Source of the DNA: Paraphysomonas bandaiensis | Lineage: Eukaryota; Protista; Chrysophyceae | Direction of reading: 5' to 3' | DNA length: 64,000 nt | NCBI GenBank assembly: GCA_965644295.1 | Contig: CBFFRP010000276.1 | Span: 62,001 to 126,000, forward strand | Shown here: in pieces, positions 53,553 to 63,037 of the stretch | Position numbering within the stretch: the first letter of the stretch is position 1 | How the letters are laid out: the number at the start of each line of letters is the position of its first letter | Notes under the pieces: model-generated | Told to the model about the DNA's origin: nothing | What the model saw: the letters and a program-made list of their open reading frames with translations, nothing else | Databases searched by the model: none | Position numbers and translations under genes: made by a program

Positions 53553-53800
53553 ACCATCCCCCGTAAAACCCACGACACAGACCCGCCAGGCACATATTGC
53601 ATAAAGGCAGACCCCCCGACTAACCTCACTACAAGGGACGGTTGCACCATGGTGCTCGCAGCGATGCACAAACAGTCCCGAGACGGTTGCCCGCCCCTAG
53701 TCGTATATATAGCAAGAAGCCCAGTTATTAGTTAGTCTATAGATGTAAAACTAGTTTCTGTACACACCCGTTCTCAAGTAATAATCAGATATTCTTATAT
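53553..53800 (+). mobile_element. 5'-truncated non-LTR copy C (KGRPPD* plus structured 3' UTR)
   Basis: 15-bp TSD GTCGTCTTTGCCCCA at 53538-53552 and 53801-53815. KGRPPD-stop at 53603-53623. Confidence 0.85.
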
Positions 53801-54009
53801 GTCGTCTTTGCCCCATATTGACAGAGTAATTAATCACCGCGTTTGACCGTCTAAGGAGTGCGGCTGAGTGTTGCGACCGCCCACCTCTACCTATGTACAC
53901 ATTGCTAGTTCAGCGCTTCTTCACCCGGGTTCTCACTGTATATTTAGCGCTAAAAACCGTGTGATAATGATGTAGCTAGTAGATAACATATATGGTTAAT
54001 AGTATTAGT

Positions 54010-54490
54010 TTGGTACCCACCCAGATCTACCTAAGTACGCGCTCAGAATGGAGCAATCCACATACCTCCGAGCCACTTGGCACAATGCCTAAGGGAAGGC
54101 CACCAGATCGCCAATCTCAGAAGGGTATATTGCTAACCCTGGTTGCCGTGAGGCACATAAGGCAGTCCCCGATGCAAATTTCACAAAATGTATGTATAGT
54201 CTTAAGCGTTCCAGCGTGGTAGTAGTAGACTTCGATCACTGCTTTCACTTGTCATTCTGTACGTAGTACAACGTCGTCCCCTACATACACATCTATCATA
54301 TAGCGAGAATGGTTGCACCTTGGTGCTTGCGGCGACGCACAAGCAGTTCTCGTAGCGTTAAATAGTAAGATAAAAGAGTTTTTACTGATTAGTTACATGT
54401 AAAAGTCTAACTAGGTTGACTAGCATTCATCTAGCTACTAAGTTGGTGAAGATTTTAAACGCCTATTGCTAAACAAAAGACTTTCAATAG
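54010..54490 (+). mobile_element. Two adjacent truncated non-LTR 3' ends (divergent copy D, then copy B)
   Basis: KGRPPD at 54091-54108 followed by the fold at 54123-54170. Degenerate QRRPLH codons at 54269-54286 followed by the fold at 54303-54353 and a tail homologous to copy A. Boundaries are approximate and no TSD was found. Confidence 0.7.
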
Positions 54491-54750
54491 TGTTCTATCA
54501 GCAATATCGATGGAATTTTTAAACCGGCTCAATAATACTACTGACAATATATTGCAACAGAGTAGTTTCATGAATCTGTAAGTAAACACATCAGTAAATT
54601 ACATTTGTAGTACTAGTCATTAAGCTCACACGATAACCTAACTAACTACGCTGACAAGCAAAGACTAGCAATGCTACTCACAATTCTACTCATACTCATC
54701 AGCTGAGCCATCATGTCCTGTGAACGACGACGCTACAAATCATCCCACCA

Positions 54751-56778
54751 TCATAGAGAATCATCTGAACGCAGCCAATTCAAAATATCCATATGATCTC
54801 CGTCATTTGCAGCTGCGATGCAATTGTCTCTATACCAGGGACATGGAGGGTCCTGTGAGCGAAGCCACTTCAGTATATACAAGTGTCCATATCGAGCAGC
54901 CATCCAGCAAGTCCGTTCATCCCAGGGAAATGGAGGGTCCTGTGAACGAAGCCACTGCAGTATATCCACGTGTCCATATTTAGCAGCAGTCCCGCAAGTC
55001 CGTTTATCCCAGGGACATGAAGAGACCTGTGAACGAAGCCACTGCAGAACATCCAAGTAACCACCGCTAACAGCATATTCAAAGCAAACCCATGCATTCC
55101 ATGGACATGGAGGGTTCTGTGAACGAACCCACTTCAGTATATCCAAGTGCCCATATTCAGCAGTCATCCAGCAAGTCCGTTCATCCCAGGGACATGGAGG
55201 GTTCTGTGAACGAAGCCACTGCAGTATATCCAAGTGTCCATATTCAGCAGCAATCCCGCAAGTCCGTTCATTCCAGGGACATGAAGAGACTTGTGAACGA
55301 AGCCACTGCAGAACATCCAAGTAACCACCGCTAACAGCATATTCAATGCAAACCCGTGCATCCCAGGGACATGGAGGGTCCTGTGAACGAAGCCATTGCA
55401 GCATATCCCAGTTAGCACACGCAGCTGCAGCAGCACAAGTCTCTTCATTCCAGGGACATGGAGGGTTCTGTGAACGAACCCACTTCAGTATATCCAAGTG
55501 CCCATATTCAGCAGTCATCCAGCAAGTCCGTTCATCCCAGGGACAAGGAGGGTCCTGTGAACGAAGCCACTGCAGTATATCCAAGTGTCCATATTCAGCA
55601 GCAATCCCGCAAGTCCGTTCATTCCAGGGACATGAAGAGACTTGTGAACGAAGCCACTGCAGAACATCCAAGTAACCACCGCTAACAGCATATTCAATGC
55701 AAACCCGTGCATCCCAGGGACATGGAGGGTCCTGTGAACGAAGCCATTGCAGCATATCCCAGTTAGCACACGCAGCTGCAGCAGCACAAGTCTCTTCATT
55801 CCAGGGACATGGAGGGTCCTGTGAACGAAGCCACTGCAGTATATCCAAGTTAGCACACTCAGCTGCAGTAGCACAAGTCCGTTCATTCCAGGGACATGGA
55901 GGGTCCTGTGAACGAAGCCACTGCAGTATATCCAAGTGACCACACTCAGCTGCAGCAGCACAAGTCCGTTCATGCCAGGGGCATGGAGGGTCCTGTGAAC
56001 GAAGCCACTGCAGTATATCCAATCGTCCACAACTAGCAGTAGCACAACAAGTCTCTTCATTCCAGGGACATGGAGGGTCCTGTGAACGAAGCCATTGCAG
56101 TATATCCAATCGTCCACAACTAGCAGTAGCACAACAAGTCTCTTCATTCCAGGGACATGGAGGGTCCTGTGAACGAAGCCACTGCAGTATATCCCAGTTA
56201 GCACACTCAGCTGCAGCAGCACAAGTCCGTTCATTCCAGGGACATGGAGGGTCCTGTGAACAAAGCCACTGCAGTATATCCAAGTGACCATATCGAGCAG
56301 CAGAATAACAAGTCAATTCATTCCAGGGACATGGAGGGTCCTGTGAACGAAGCCATTGCAGTACCTCCAAGTATCCCCCTCTTGCAGCATTTTCTGTAGC
56401 CTTCATCTTCCATATGTTACCCCATATGTATGTGGAGTGTCGTATATGTGTATAAGTGTATATATATCTTAAGATGTGTATCATTTGCTGTAGTCTGCCA
56501 TCCAGTGCACATGTATTCATTAGTTTCACGTGAGGGCAGCCCATAGACAGAGCCCATGAGACCATTGAGTTCGTCATACAATAGTGAGATACATGTGACG
56601 TAACTCTTTCACTCCTCTTATCTCTTCTCTTACCTCTCCTCTTATCTCTTCTCTTATCAGTGTATACTATATCGTGAAATCTCTTCCAAGTTAATATCAC
56701 TGGAAGGTGAGCTGTGTGTGGGATCATAGAGATAATGACACGAAGAACATCATCATTAAGATCAGATATATGCGACAT
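54751..56778 (-). CDS. F-box-like N-terminus plus ~19 ankyrin-like 29-aa repeats (CPW..TC..AA..G.LD.LQWLRSQDPP), intronless
   Basis: N-terminal ISDLNDDVLRVIISMIP. 87/90-bp tandem unit. This repeat class is known from giant viruses and algae. Confidence 0.85.
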   Translation of the reverse strand: MSHISDLNDDVLRVIISMIPHTAHLPVILTWKRFHDIVYTDKRRDKRRGKRRDKRSERVTSHVSHYCMTNSMVSWALSMGCPHVKLMNTCALDGRLQQMIHILRYIYTYTHIRHSTYIWGNIWKMKATENAARGGYLEVLQWLRSQDPPCPWNELTCYSAARYGHLDILQWLCSQDPPCPWNERTCAAAAECANWDILQWLRSQDPPCPWNEETCCATASCGRLDILQWLRSQDPPCPWNEETCCATASCGRLDILQWLRSQDPPCPWHERTCAAAAECGHLDILQWLRSQDPPCPWNERTCATAAECANLDILQWLRSQDPPCPWNEETCAAAAACANWDMLQWLRSQDPPCPWDARVCIEYAVSGGYLDVLQWLRSQVSSCPWNERTCGIAAEYGHLDILQWLRSQDPPCPWDERTCWMTAEYGHLDILKWVRSQNPPCPWNEETCAAAAACANWDMLQWLRSQDPPCPWDARVCIEYAVSGGYLDVLQWLRSQVSSCPWNERTCGIAAEYGHLDILQWLRSQNPPCPWDERTCWMTAEYGHLDILKWVRSQNPPCPWNAWVCFEYAVSGGYLDVLQWLRSQVSSCPWDKRTCGTAAKYGHVDILQWLRSQDPPFPWDERTCWMAARYGHLYILKWLRSQDPPCPWYRDNCIAAANDGDHMDILNWLRSDDSL

Positions 56779-56937
56779 ATCTATACTGATAATATGCTGA
56801 GTTTACATGAGGCTAATAGAGTGTTAATACACGGCAATATAATGAGATGAGTTCATACTATATCCATATATAGCTACGTAGCTACATACCACTGCATCTG
56901 TATGATGCCAGTGAGCAGATCAATATGCATTCCGAGC

Positions 56938-57077
56938 GTATCGGCATCCTTTGTATATTTTTGTTCAAATATGCCTCTAATATTGAGACAACAATTATCT
57001 GTATTCCAGCCGTAGTTATACTGCAGTAATGTAGAGTATATTGGATTCAATTTATTTCCGAAAAAGAAGATGCTGAT
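56938..57077 (-). repeat. Promoter-region element, copy 5
   Basis: Reverse-complement match. The ends ATCGGCATCCTT and AAGATGCTGAT form a short inverted repeat. Confidence 0.9.
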
Positions 57078-57384
57078 GACCACAGTATGGTGGTAGTCCA
57101 TACTACATGCACATATATACACAAAATAGCCGTATGATGCAGATATGTGGGGAAAGTTCCTACACATAGAGATATATATACCGCCGTATACTCTGTATAC
57201 AGGGAATGATGTACAAGTCATGTCCACAGTGTCTTGTATAGTATAGTCATGTTGTGTCCATAGTCCATAGTGTTGTCTAGGATATTTGACAGATTACAAT
57301 GCAAGTCATTATTATCACAGATAATATCTGAATAAACAAGTTTATAACATTATTCCTATCATCAACTTGTGACTTGTTAGTGCC

Positions 57385-57564
57385 CAGTTAAGTTATCATC
57401 TATAAGTGCAAGATATATACCACACAGCACGACCTATATGCTTCATACATCTGTGTGATCTATCTGCTTGAGACCTGCCTCACTCAGCTCTCAGAACAGT
57501 AATTTCATAGCACTATCGAATTAACCATTGCTTACATCAGCATCACAGTAAGCGGTGTAATTAT
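57385..57564 (+). promoter_or_regulatory. Upstream block conserved in all three zinc-finger paralogues (also about 59105-59274 and 60125-60300)
   Basis: tataagt.caagata...tatatgcttc.tacatct...gagacc.gc.t.ac.cagctctcagaacagt...atagcactatcgaat.aacca.t.cttacatcagcat is shared. Regulatory function is inferred only from position. Confidence 0.6.
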
Positions 57565-58299
57565 ATGCCAATGGCAGTGTGCAAATACTGTGACCGAGTA
57601 TTCCATTCAGAACATTCATTGGAGCAGCATATTGATGCAGCGCACCACTTTGACTGTGGTTATTGTGACCGATCATTCTATTCTAGACATTCATTAAAGC
57701 AGCATATAGTTGCCGTGCATACGAATCTGTGTGGTCATTGTGGACGAATATTTCAATCAGAACGTGCATTGGAGCAACATGTAGATGCTGTGCACCACTT
57801 GGGCTGTGATTATTGTGGCCGAGTATTTCAATCAGAACATGCATTGGAGCAGCATCAAGATGCATTGCATTCGAATCAATTCCAGTGTGATTATCATGAC
57901 ACAATGGTCCGATCTAACAGTGCATTGGAGCAGTATGTAGATGATGTGCACCACTTGGGCTGTGATTATTGTGGCCGAGTGTTTCAATCAGAACATGCAT
58001 TGGAGCAGCATCAAGATGCATTGCATTCGAATCAATTCCAGTGTGATTATCATGACACAATGGTCCGATCTAGCAGTGCATTGGAGCAGTATGTAGATGC
58101 AGTGCATTCGAATTACTTCGAGTGTGATCATTGTGACCAAGTGTTCCAATCAGAACATTCATTGGAGCTGCATGTATATGCAGTCCACCACTTTGATTGT
58201 GATTATTGTGACCGAGTACTCCATTCCGAACGTGCATTGGAGCAGCATATAGATGCAATGCACAACTATCTGTGGGATTATAGTGGCCCAAGGTTCTAA
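57565..58299 (+). CDS. C2H2 zinc-finger array protein, 9 fingers (2 degenerate), intronless
   Basis: C-x2-C-x12-H-x4-H units with an internal 156-bp duplication. Confidence 0.85.
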   Translation: MPMAVCKYCDRVFHSEHSLEQHIDAAHHFDCGYCDRSFYSRHSLKQHIVAVHTNLCGHCGRIFQSERALEQHVDAVHHLGCDYCGRVFQSEHALEQHQDALHSNQFQCDYHDTMVRSNSALEQYVDDVHHLGCDYCGRVFQSEHALEQHQDALHSNQFQCDYHDTMVRSSSALEQYVDAVHSNYFECDHCDQVFQSEHSLELHVYAVHHFDCDYCDRVLHSERALEQHIDAMHNYLWDYSGPRF

Positions 58300-59274
58300 T
58301 CAAATTGGTCATGGGATTAACATGTAGATGCATCGCATTGGAGTTACGGTAGCTATTGTGACTGCGAATTTAAGCTTACCGTCCATTTGATTTGTATTTT
58401 CTATACGAGCGTACGTGTATGACTTCTTCTATGTATTATTTTGGAATGCTTATACAAGCTTAATGGCGGATGCTTGTTTAATTCAATAAATGCTGAAAGC
58501 GTTTCGAATTGATACAATACCAATTTTCATCATAGGAAAATGATGATAATTTATTGATTTAGGAAATCACGAATCATGGTCTTATACACTTATACAATCA
58601 CCATATTACAGCATATTAATACAATTCATAATTCATAACACTTCAGCTAACCTTACACTATATTTTATTATGTACTGTTTACAAACCAATTTACCGCACG
58701 CCTAGCTAGACGTATCGTTTTGATGTATACTAGGACAATTCTACACTATTGAGAGTAATTTGAGAAAATTTATTACATCATCTCGAGTTTTCATAACTAT
58801 ATATATACTATCTTCTACTGGTGTAGATACGTGCACTCTTTAATATTTAATAAACTCTTAATGCGGTTTGTGTTTACTGACGAAAATTTTCTTTGTTGGA
58901 AAAAGACTATGTGAACTTGGTTAGGGTAGTTGGTTTTTGCTATGATTAACTATTTATGCAGATTTTTAATCCTTATTTCTATATACAGAGGTTACTTGTG
59001 TAGTGGAATAAGTGTGTATATTACAGCAGTACTGCAAACTCGCAAACCACAAAAACTGACGTACCAGCCAAGGTCGTCTGTGCATGTCAACAATATACAC
59101 AATATATAAGTACAAGATACATAGCACATAACACCACCTATATGCTTCCTACATCTATGCGACCTATCTGCTAGAGACCTGCCTCACCCAGCTCTCAGAA
59201 CAGTCCCCCCTAGATAGCACTATCGAATAAACCAGTACTTACATCAGCATTCCAACAAGCATAAATATATTACA

Positions 59275-59421
59275 ATGGCACTGCGCAAATATTGTGACCG
59301 AATATTCCGACCTGACAATTCATTACATTATCATATAGATGCAGCGTACCACTTTGAGTGTGATTATAGTGACCGAACATTCAAATATGACTATATTGCA
59401 GCTTATGAATACAATTCATAA
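59275..59421 (+). pseudogene. Truncated C2H2 zinc-finger paralogue
   Basis: MALRKYCDRIF...HIDAAYHFECDYSDRTF has lost Cys/His ligands and runs straight into a copy of the 58600-58760 downstream flank. Confidence 0.8.
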
Positions 59422-60300
59422 TACTTTAGCTAACCTCATCATATACTTTCTTAAATACGGTATACACACACCGATTTACCACCTTGACATATTGCTTAAT
59501 AGTCAAATCCTATATACTAGAACAATTAATAGATCAGAGACCTTTCTACAATGCAATCAACATGTACATTGAGAGTAATTTGAACCCTGCCTCTCATATC
59601 ATACGTATATTCATTATAGACTGAGGTTTTCAGTCACTAAAACTAACCTTTTAGTGGGAAAACTCTGAATTTCTGAATACTGAAATCTGAAAATTCAGTG
59701 GTCAAAAATGGCTTTTAGGTGGCTTATTAAGCAAAACTGAATCTGAACACTGAATGTAGCCATAAAATTTAGTGTTCAGTGGTCCACTGTGCTTTCTATA
59801 CTTATTTCTATAATAGGATACTAAGTGAACTAAAAATACCCATTTTTTATATTCAATTTCAACTATTTTGCATACATAAACAACTATACATATGCGGGGT
59901 TTTGTGCATATTAGTCCTTATTTTATCCTGACTTTTATATAGAATCCAAGCCACAAAAAAACAGTACATTGCAAGAGGATGTCCACCACAATATACACAG
60001 TGTCCCAGTCGTCAAAGAATGCAATCAATCTATGGTTCGTTCAGCCAGTGGGATGTTAATAGAGAAATTAAATGCATCATCAAGTGTACAAAGTGTATAT
60101 ATACTGTGTACTGTGTACTTAATACAGTTAAGTTATCATATATAAGTGCAAGATATATAGTACATACATGATCTATATGCTTCCTACATCTGTATGATCG
60201 AGACCAGCGTTACTCAGCTCTCAGAACAGTCCTTAGATAGCACTATCGAATTAACCAGTACTTACATCAGCATTCCAACAAGCGGCATAACTATATCACA

Positions 60301-62859
60301 ATGGCAATGTGCGAATACTGTTACCGAGTATTTCCATCAGAACATTCATTAGAGCAGCATCAGGATGCAATGCATTGGATTGAAATCGAGTGTGATTTAT
60401 GTGATCGAGTATTCCAATCAAAACGTTCATTGAGGCAGCATCAAGATGCAGTGCATTCGATTGAAATCGAGTGTGACTTATGTGACCGAGTATTCCAATC
60501 AGAACATGCATTAGAGCAGCACGTAAATGCCGTTCACCACTTTGAGTGTGATATATGCGACCGAGTATTCCAATCAGAACGTGCATTAGAGCAGCACGCA
60601 TATGCCGTACACCACTTCGAGTGTGACTTATGTGATCGAATATTCCAATCAGAACGTTCATTAAGGCAGCATCAAGATGCAGTGCATTCGATTGAAATCG
60701 AGTGTGATCATTGTGACCGAGTATTCCAATCAGAACGTGCATTAGAGCAGCACGTATATGCCGTTCACCACTTCGAATGTGATATATGTGACCGAGTATT
60801 CCAATCAGAACGTTCATTGAGGCAGCATCAAGATGCCGTACACCACTTCGAGTGTGATTTATGTGATCGTGTATTCCAATCAGAACGTGCATTAGAGCAG
60901 CACGCATATGCCGTACACCACTTCGAGTGTGATTTATGTGATAGAATATTCCAATCAGAACATTCATTAAGGCAGCATCAGGAGGCCGTGCATTCGATTG
61001 AAATCGAGTGTGATTTATGTGACCGAGTATTCCAATCAGAACGTGCATTAGAGCAGCACGTAAATGCCGTTCACCACTTTGAGTGTGATTTATGTGATCG
61101 GGTATTCCAATCAGAACATTCATTGAGGCAGCATCAGGATGCAGTGCATTCGATTGAAATCGAGTGTGATCATTGTGATCGAGTATTTCAATCAGAACGT
61201 TCATTAGAGCAGCACGTAAATGCCGTTCACCACTTTGAGTGTGACATTTGTTACCGAGTATTCCAATCAAAACGTTCATTAAGGCGGCATCAGGATGCAG
61301 TGCATTCGATTGAAATCGAGTGTGATCATTGTGACCGAATATTCCAATCAGAACGTGCATTAGAGCAGCACGCATATGCCGTTCACCACTTCGAATGTGA
61401 TATATGCGACCGAGTATTCCAATCAGAACGTTCATTGAGGCAGCATCAGGAGGCCGTGCATTCGATTGAAATCGAGTGTGATTTATGTGATGGAGTATTC
61501 CAATCAGAACGTGCATTAGAGCAGCATCAAGATGCCGTACACCACTTCGAGTGTGATTTATGTGATCGAATATTCCAATCAGAACGTTCATTAAGGCAGC
61601 ATCAGGATGCAGTGCATTCGATTGAAATCGAGTGTGATCATTGTGACCGAGTATTCCAATCAGAACGTGCATTAGAGCAGCACGTATATGCCGTTCACCA
61701 CTTCGAATGTGATATATGCGACCGAGTATTCCAATCAGAACGTTCATTGAGGCAGCATCAGGAGGCCGTGCATTCGATTGAAATCGAGTGTGATATATGC
61801 GACCGAGTATTCCAATCAGAACGTTCATTGAGGCAGCATCAGGAGGCCGTGCATTCGATTGAAATCGAGTGTGATTTATGTGATGGAGTATTCCAATCAG
61901 AACGTGCATTAGAGCAGCATCAAGATGCCGTACACCACTTCGAGTGTGATTTATGTGATCGAATATTCCAATCAGAACGTTCATTAAGGCAGCATCAGGA
62001 TGCAGTGCATTCGATTGAAATCGAGTGTGATCATTGTGACCGAGTATTCCAATCAGAACGTGCATTAGAGCAGCACGTATATGCCGTTCACCACTTCGAA
62101 TGTGATATATGCGACCGAGTATTCCAATCAGAACGTTCATTGAGGCAGCATCAGGAGGCCGTGCATTCGATTGAAATCGAGTGTGATTTATGTGATGGAG
62201 TATTCCAATCAGAACGTGCATTAGAGCAGCATCAAGATGCCGTACACCACTTCGAGTGTGATTTATGTGATCGAATATTCCAATCAGAACGTTCATTAAG
62301 GCAGCATCAGGATGCAGTGCATTCGATTGAAATCGAGTGTGATCATTGTGACCGAGTATTCCAATCAGAACGTGCATTAGAGCAGCACGTATATGCCGTT
62401 CACCACTTCGAGTGTGATTTATGTTTCCGAGTATTCCAATCAGAACGTACATTAGAGCAGCACGCATATGCCGTTCACCACTTTGAGTGTGATTTATGTT
62501 TCCGAGTATTCCAATCAGAACATTCATTGAGGCGACATCAAGATGCCGTACACCACTTCGAGTGTGATCATTGCGACCGAGTATTCCAATCAGAACGTGC
62601 ATTAGAGCGGTACGCAGATGCTGTACAAACGAATCATGTCGATTGTGACCGAACAATTCAATCAGAAGGCCCCATTGAGCTTTTGTTCGCTCTAGATTCG
62701 AACGTATCTTCTAGTATGCCTTTTGCTGGAATTAATGATTGCAGGTGGACTTCTGTGTCTGCCCCAATGGCTACCACAACACGACCTCCTGTTCCTTTCA
62801 TGAGGACTGCCAGATCCAGGGCTTCAAGGGATGATTATAATTACTGTATCATAGCGTAA
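60301..62859 (+). CDS. C2H2 zinc-finger array protein, 29 intact plus 1 degenerate fingers, C-terminal CaaX-like CIIA*
   Basis: 25/27-aa units C-x2-C-x12-H-x4-H with HFE or SIEIE linkers, followed by a 76-aa unique tail. Confidence 0.9.
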   Translation: MAMCEYCYRVFPSEHSLEQHQDAMHWIEIECDLCDRVFQSKRSLRQHQDAVHSIEIECDLCDRVFQSEHALEQHVNAVHHFECDICDRVFQSERALEQHAYAVHHFECDLCDRIFQSERSLRQHQDAVHSIEIECDHCDRVFQSERALEQHVYAVHHFECDICDRVFQSERSLRQHQDAVHHFECDLCDRVFQSERALEQHAYAVHHFECDLCDRIFQSEHSLRQHQEAVHSIEIECDLCDRVFQSERALEQHVNAVHHFECDLCDRVFQSEHSLRQHQDAVHSIEIECDHCDRVFQSERSLEQHVNAVHHFECDICYRVFQSKRSLRRHQDAVHSIEIECDHCDRIFQSERALEQHAYAVHHFECDICDRVFQSERSLRQHQEAVHSIEIECDLCDGVFQSERALEQHQDAVHHFECDLCDRIFQSERSLRQHQDAVHSIEIECDHCDRVFQSERALEQHVYAVHHFECDICDRVFQSERSLRQHQEAVHSIEIECDICDRVFQSERSLRQHQEAVHSIEIECDLCDGVFQSERALEQHQDAVHHFECDLCDRIFQSERSLRQHQDAVHSIEIECDHCDRVFQSERALEQHVYAVHHFECDICDRVFQSERSLRQHQEAVHSIEIECDLCDGVFQSERALEQHQDAVHHFECDLCDRIFQSERSLRQHQDAVHSIEIECDHCDRVFQSERALEQHVYAVHHFECDLCFRVFQSERTLEQHAYAVHHFECDLCFRVFQSEHSLRRHQDAVHHFECDHCDRVFQSERALERYADAVQTNHVDCDRTIQSEGPIELLFALDSNVSSSMPFAGINDCRWTSVSAPMATTTRPPVPFMRTARSRASRDDYNYCIIA

Positions 62860-63037
62860 TAGCCAGGAAGTACAGTTGATATGTTCCTTAAGTATATTAG
62901 TTATAAGGTAATGAACATGTTGTCGCTTACTATTTTGCTACCGTGCCTACTATTTATTTTTTCATTTCTTAATTTAATATTTCTTAGAGAGATACGCAGG
63001 CACATAACAAGCATTGATATGGTTCTATAATTGTTAG

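Noticed and set aside
53216-53671. 151-aa minus-strand ORF
   Set aside because: It crosses the retro-insertion boundary in antisense and has no recognisable motif.
59620-59790. Cluster of CTGAA/TTCAG motifs, possible MITE remnant
   Set aside because: No definable termini and no second copy in the window.
54790-62600. CRISPR-like appearance of regularly spaced repeats
   Set aside because: The units are in-frame protein repeats, the variable parts are not unique spacers, there are no cas genes and the context is eukaryotic.
60296-62656. 786-aa antisense ORF over the zinc-finger array, and antisense ORFs over the ankyrin gene
   Set aside because: A stop-free frame in one repeat unit is propagated by tandem duplication. 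There is no independent coding signal.
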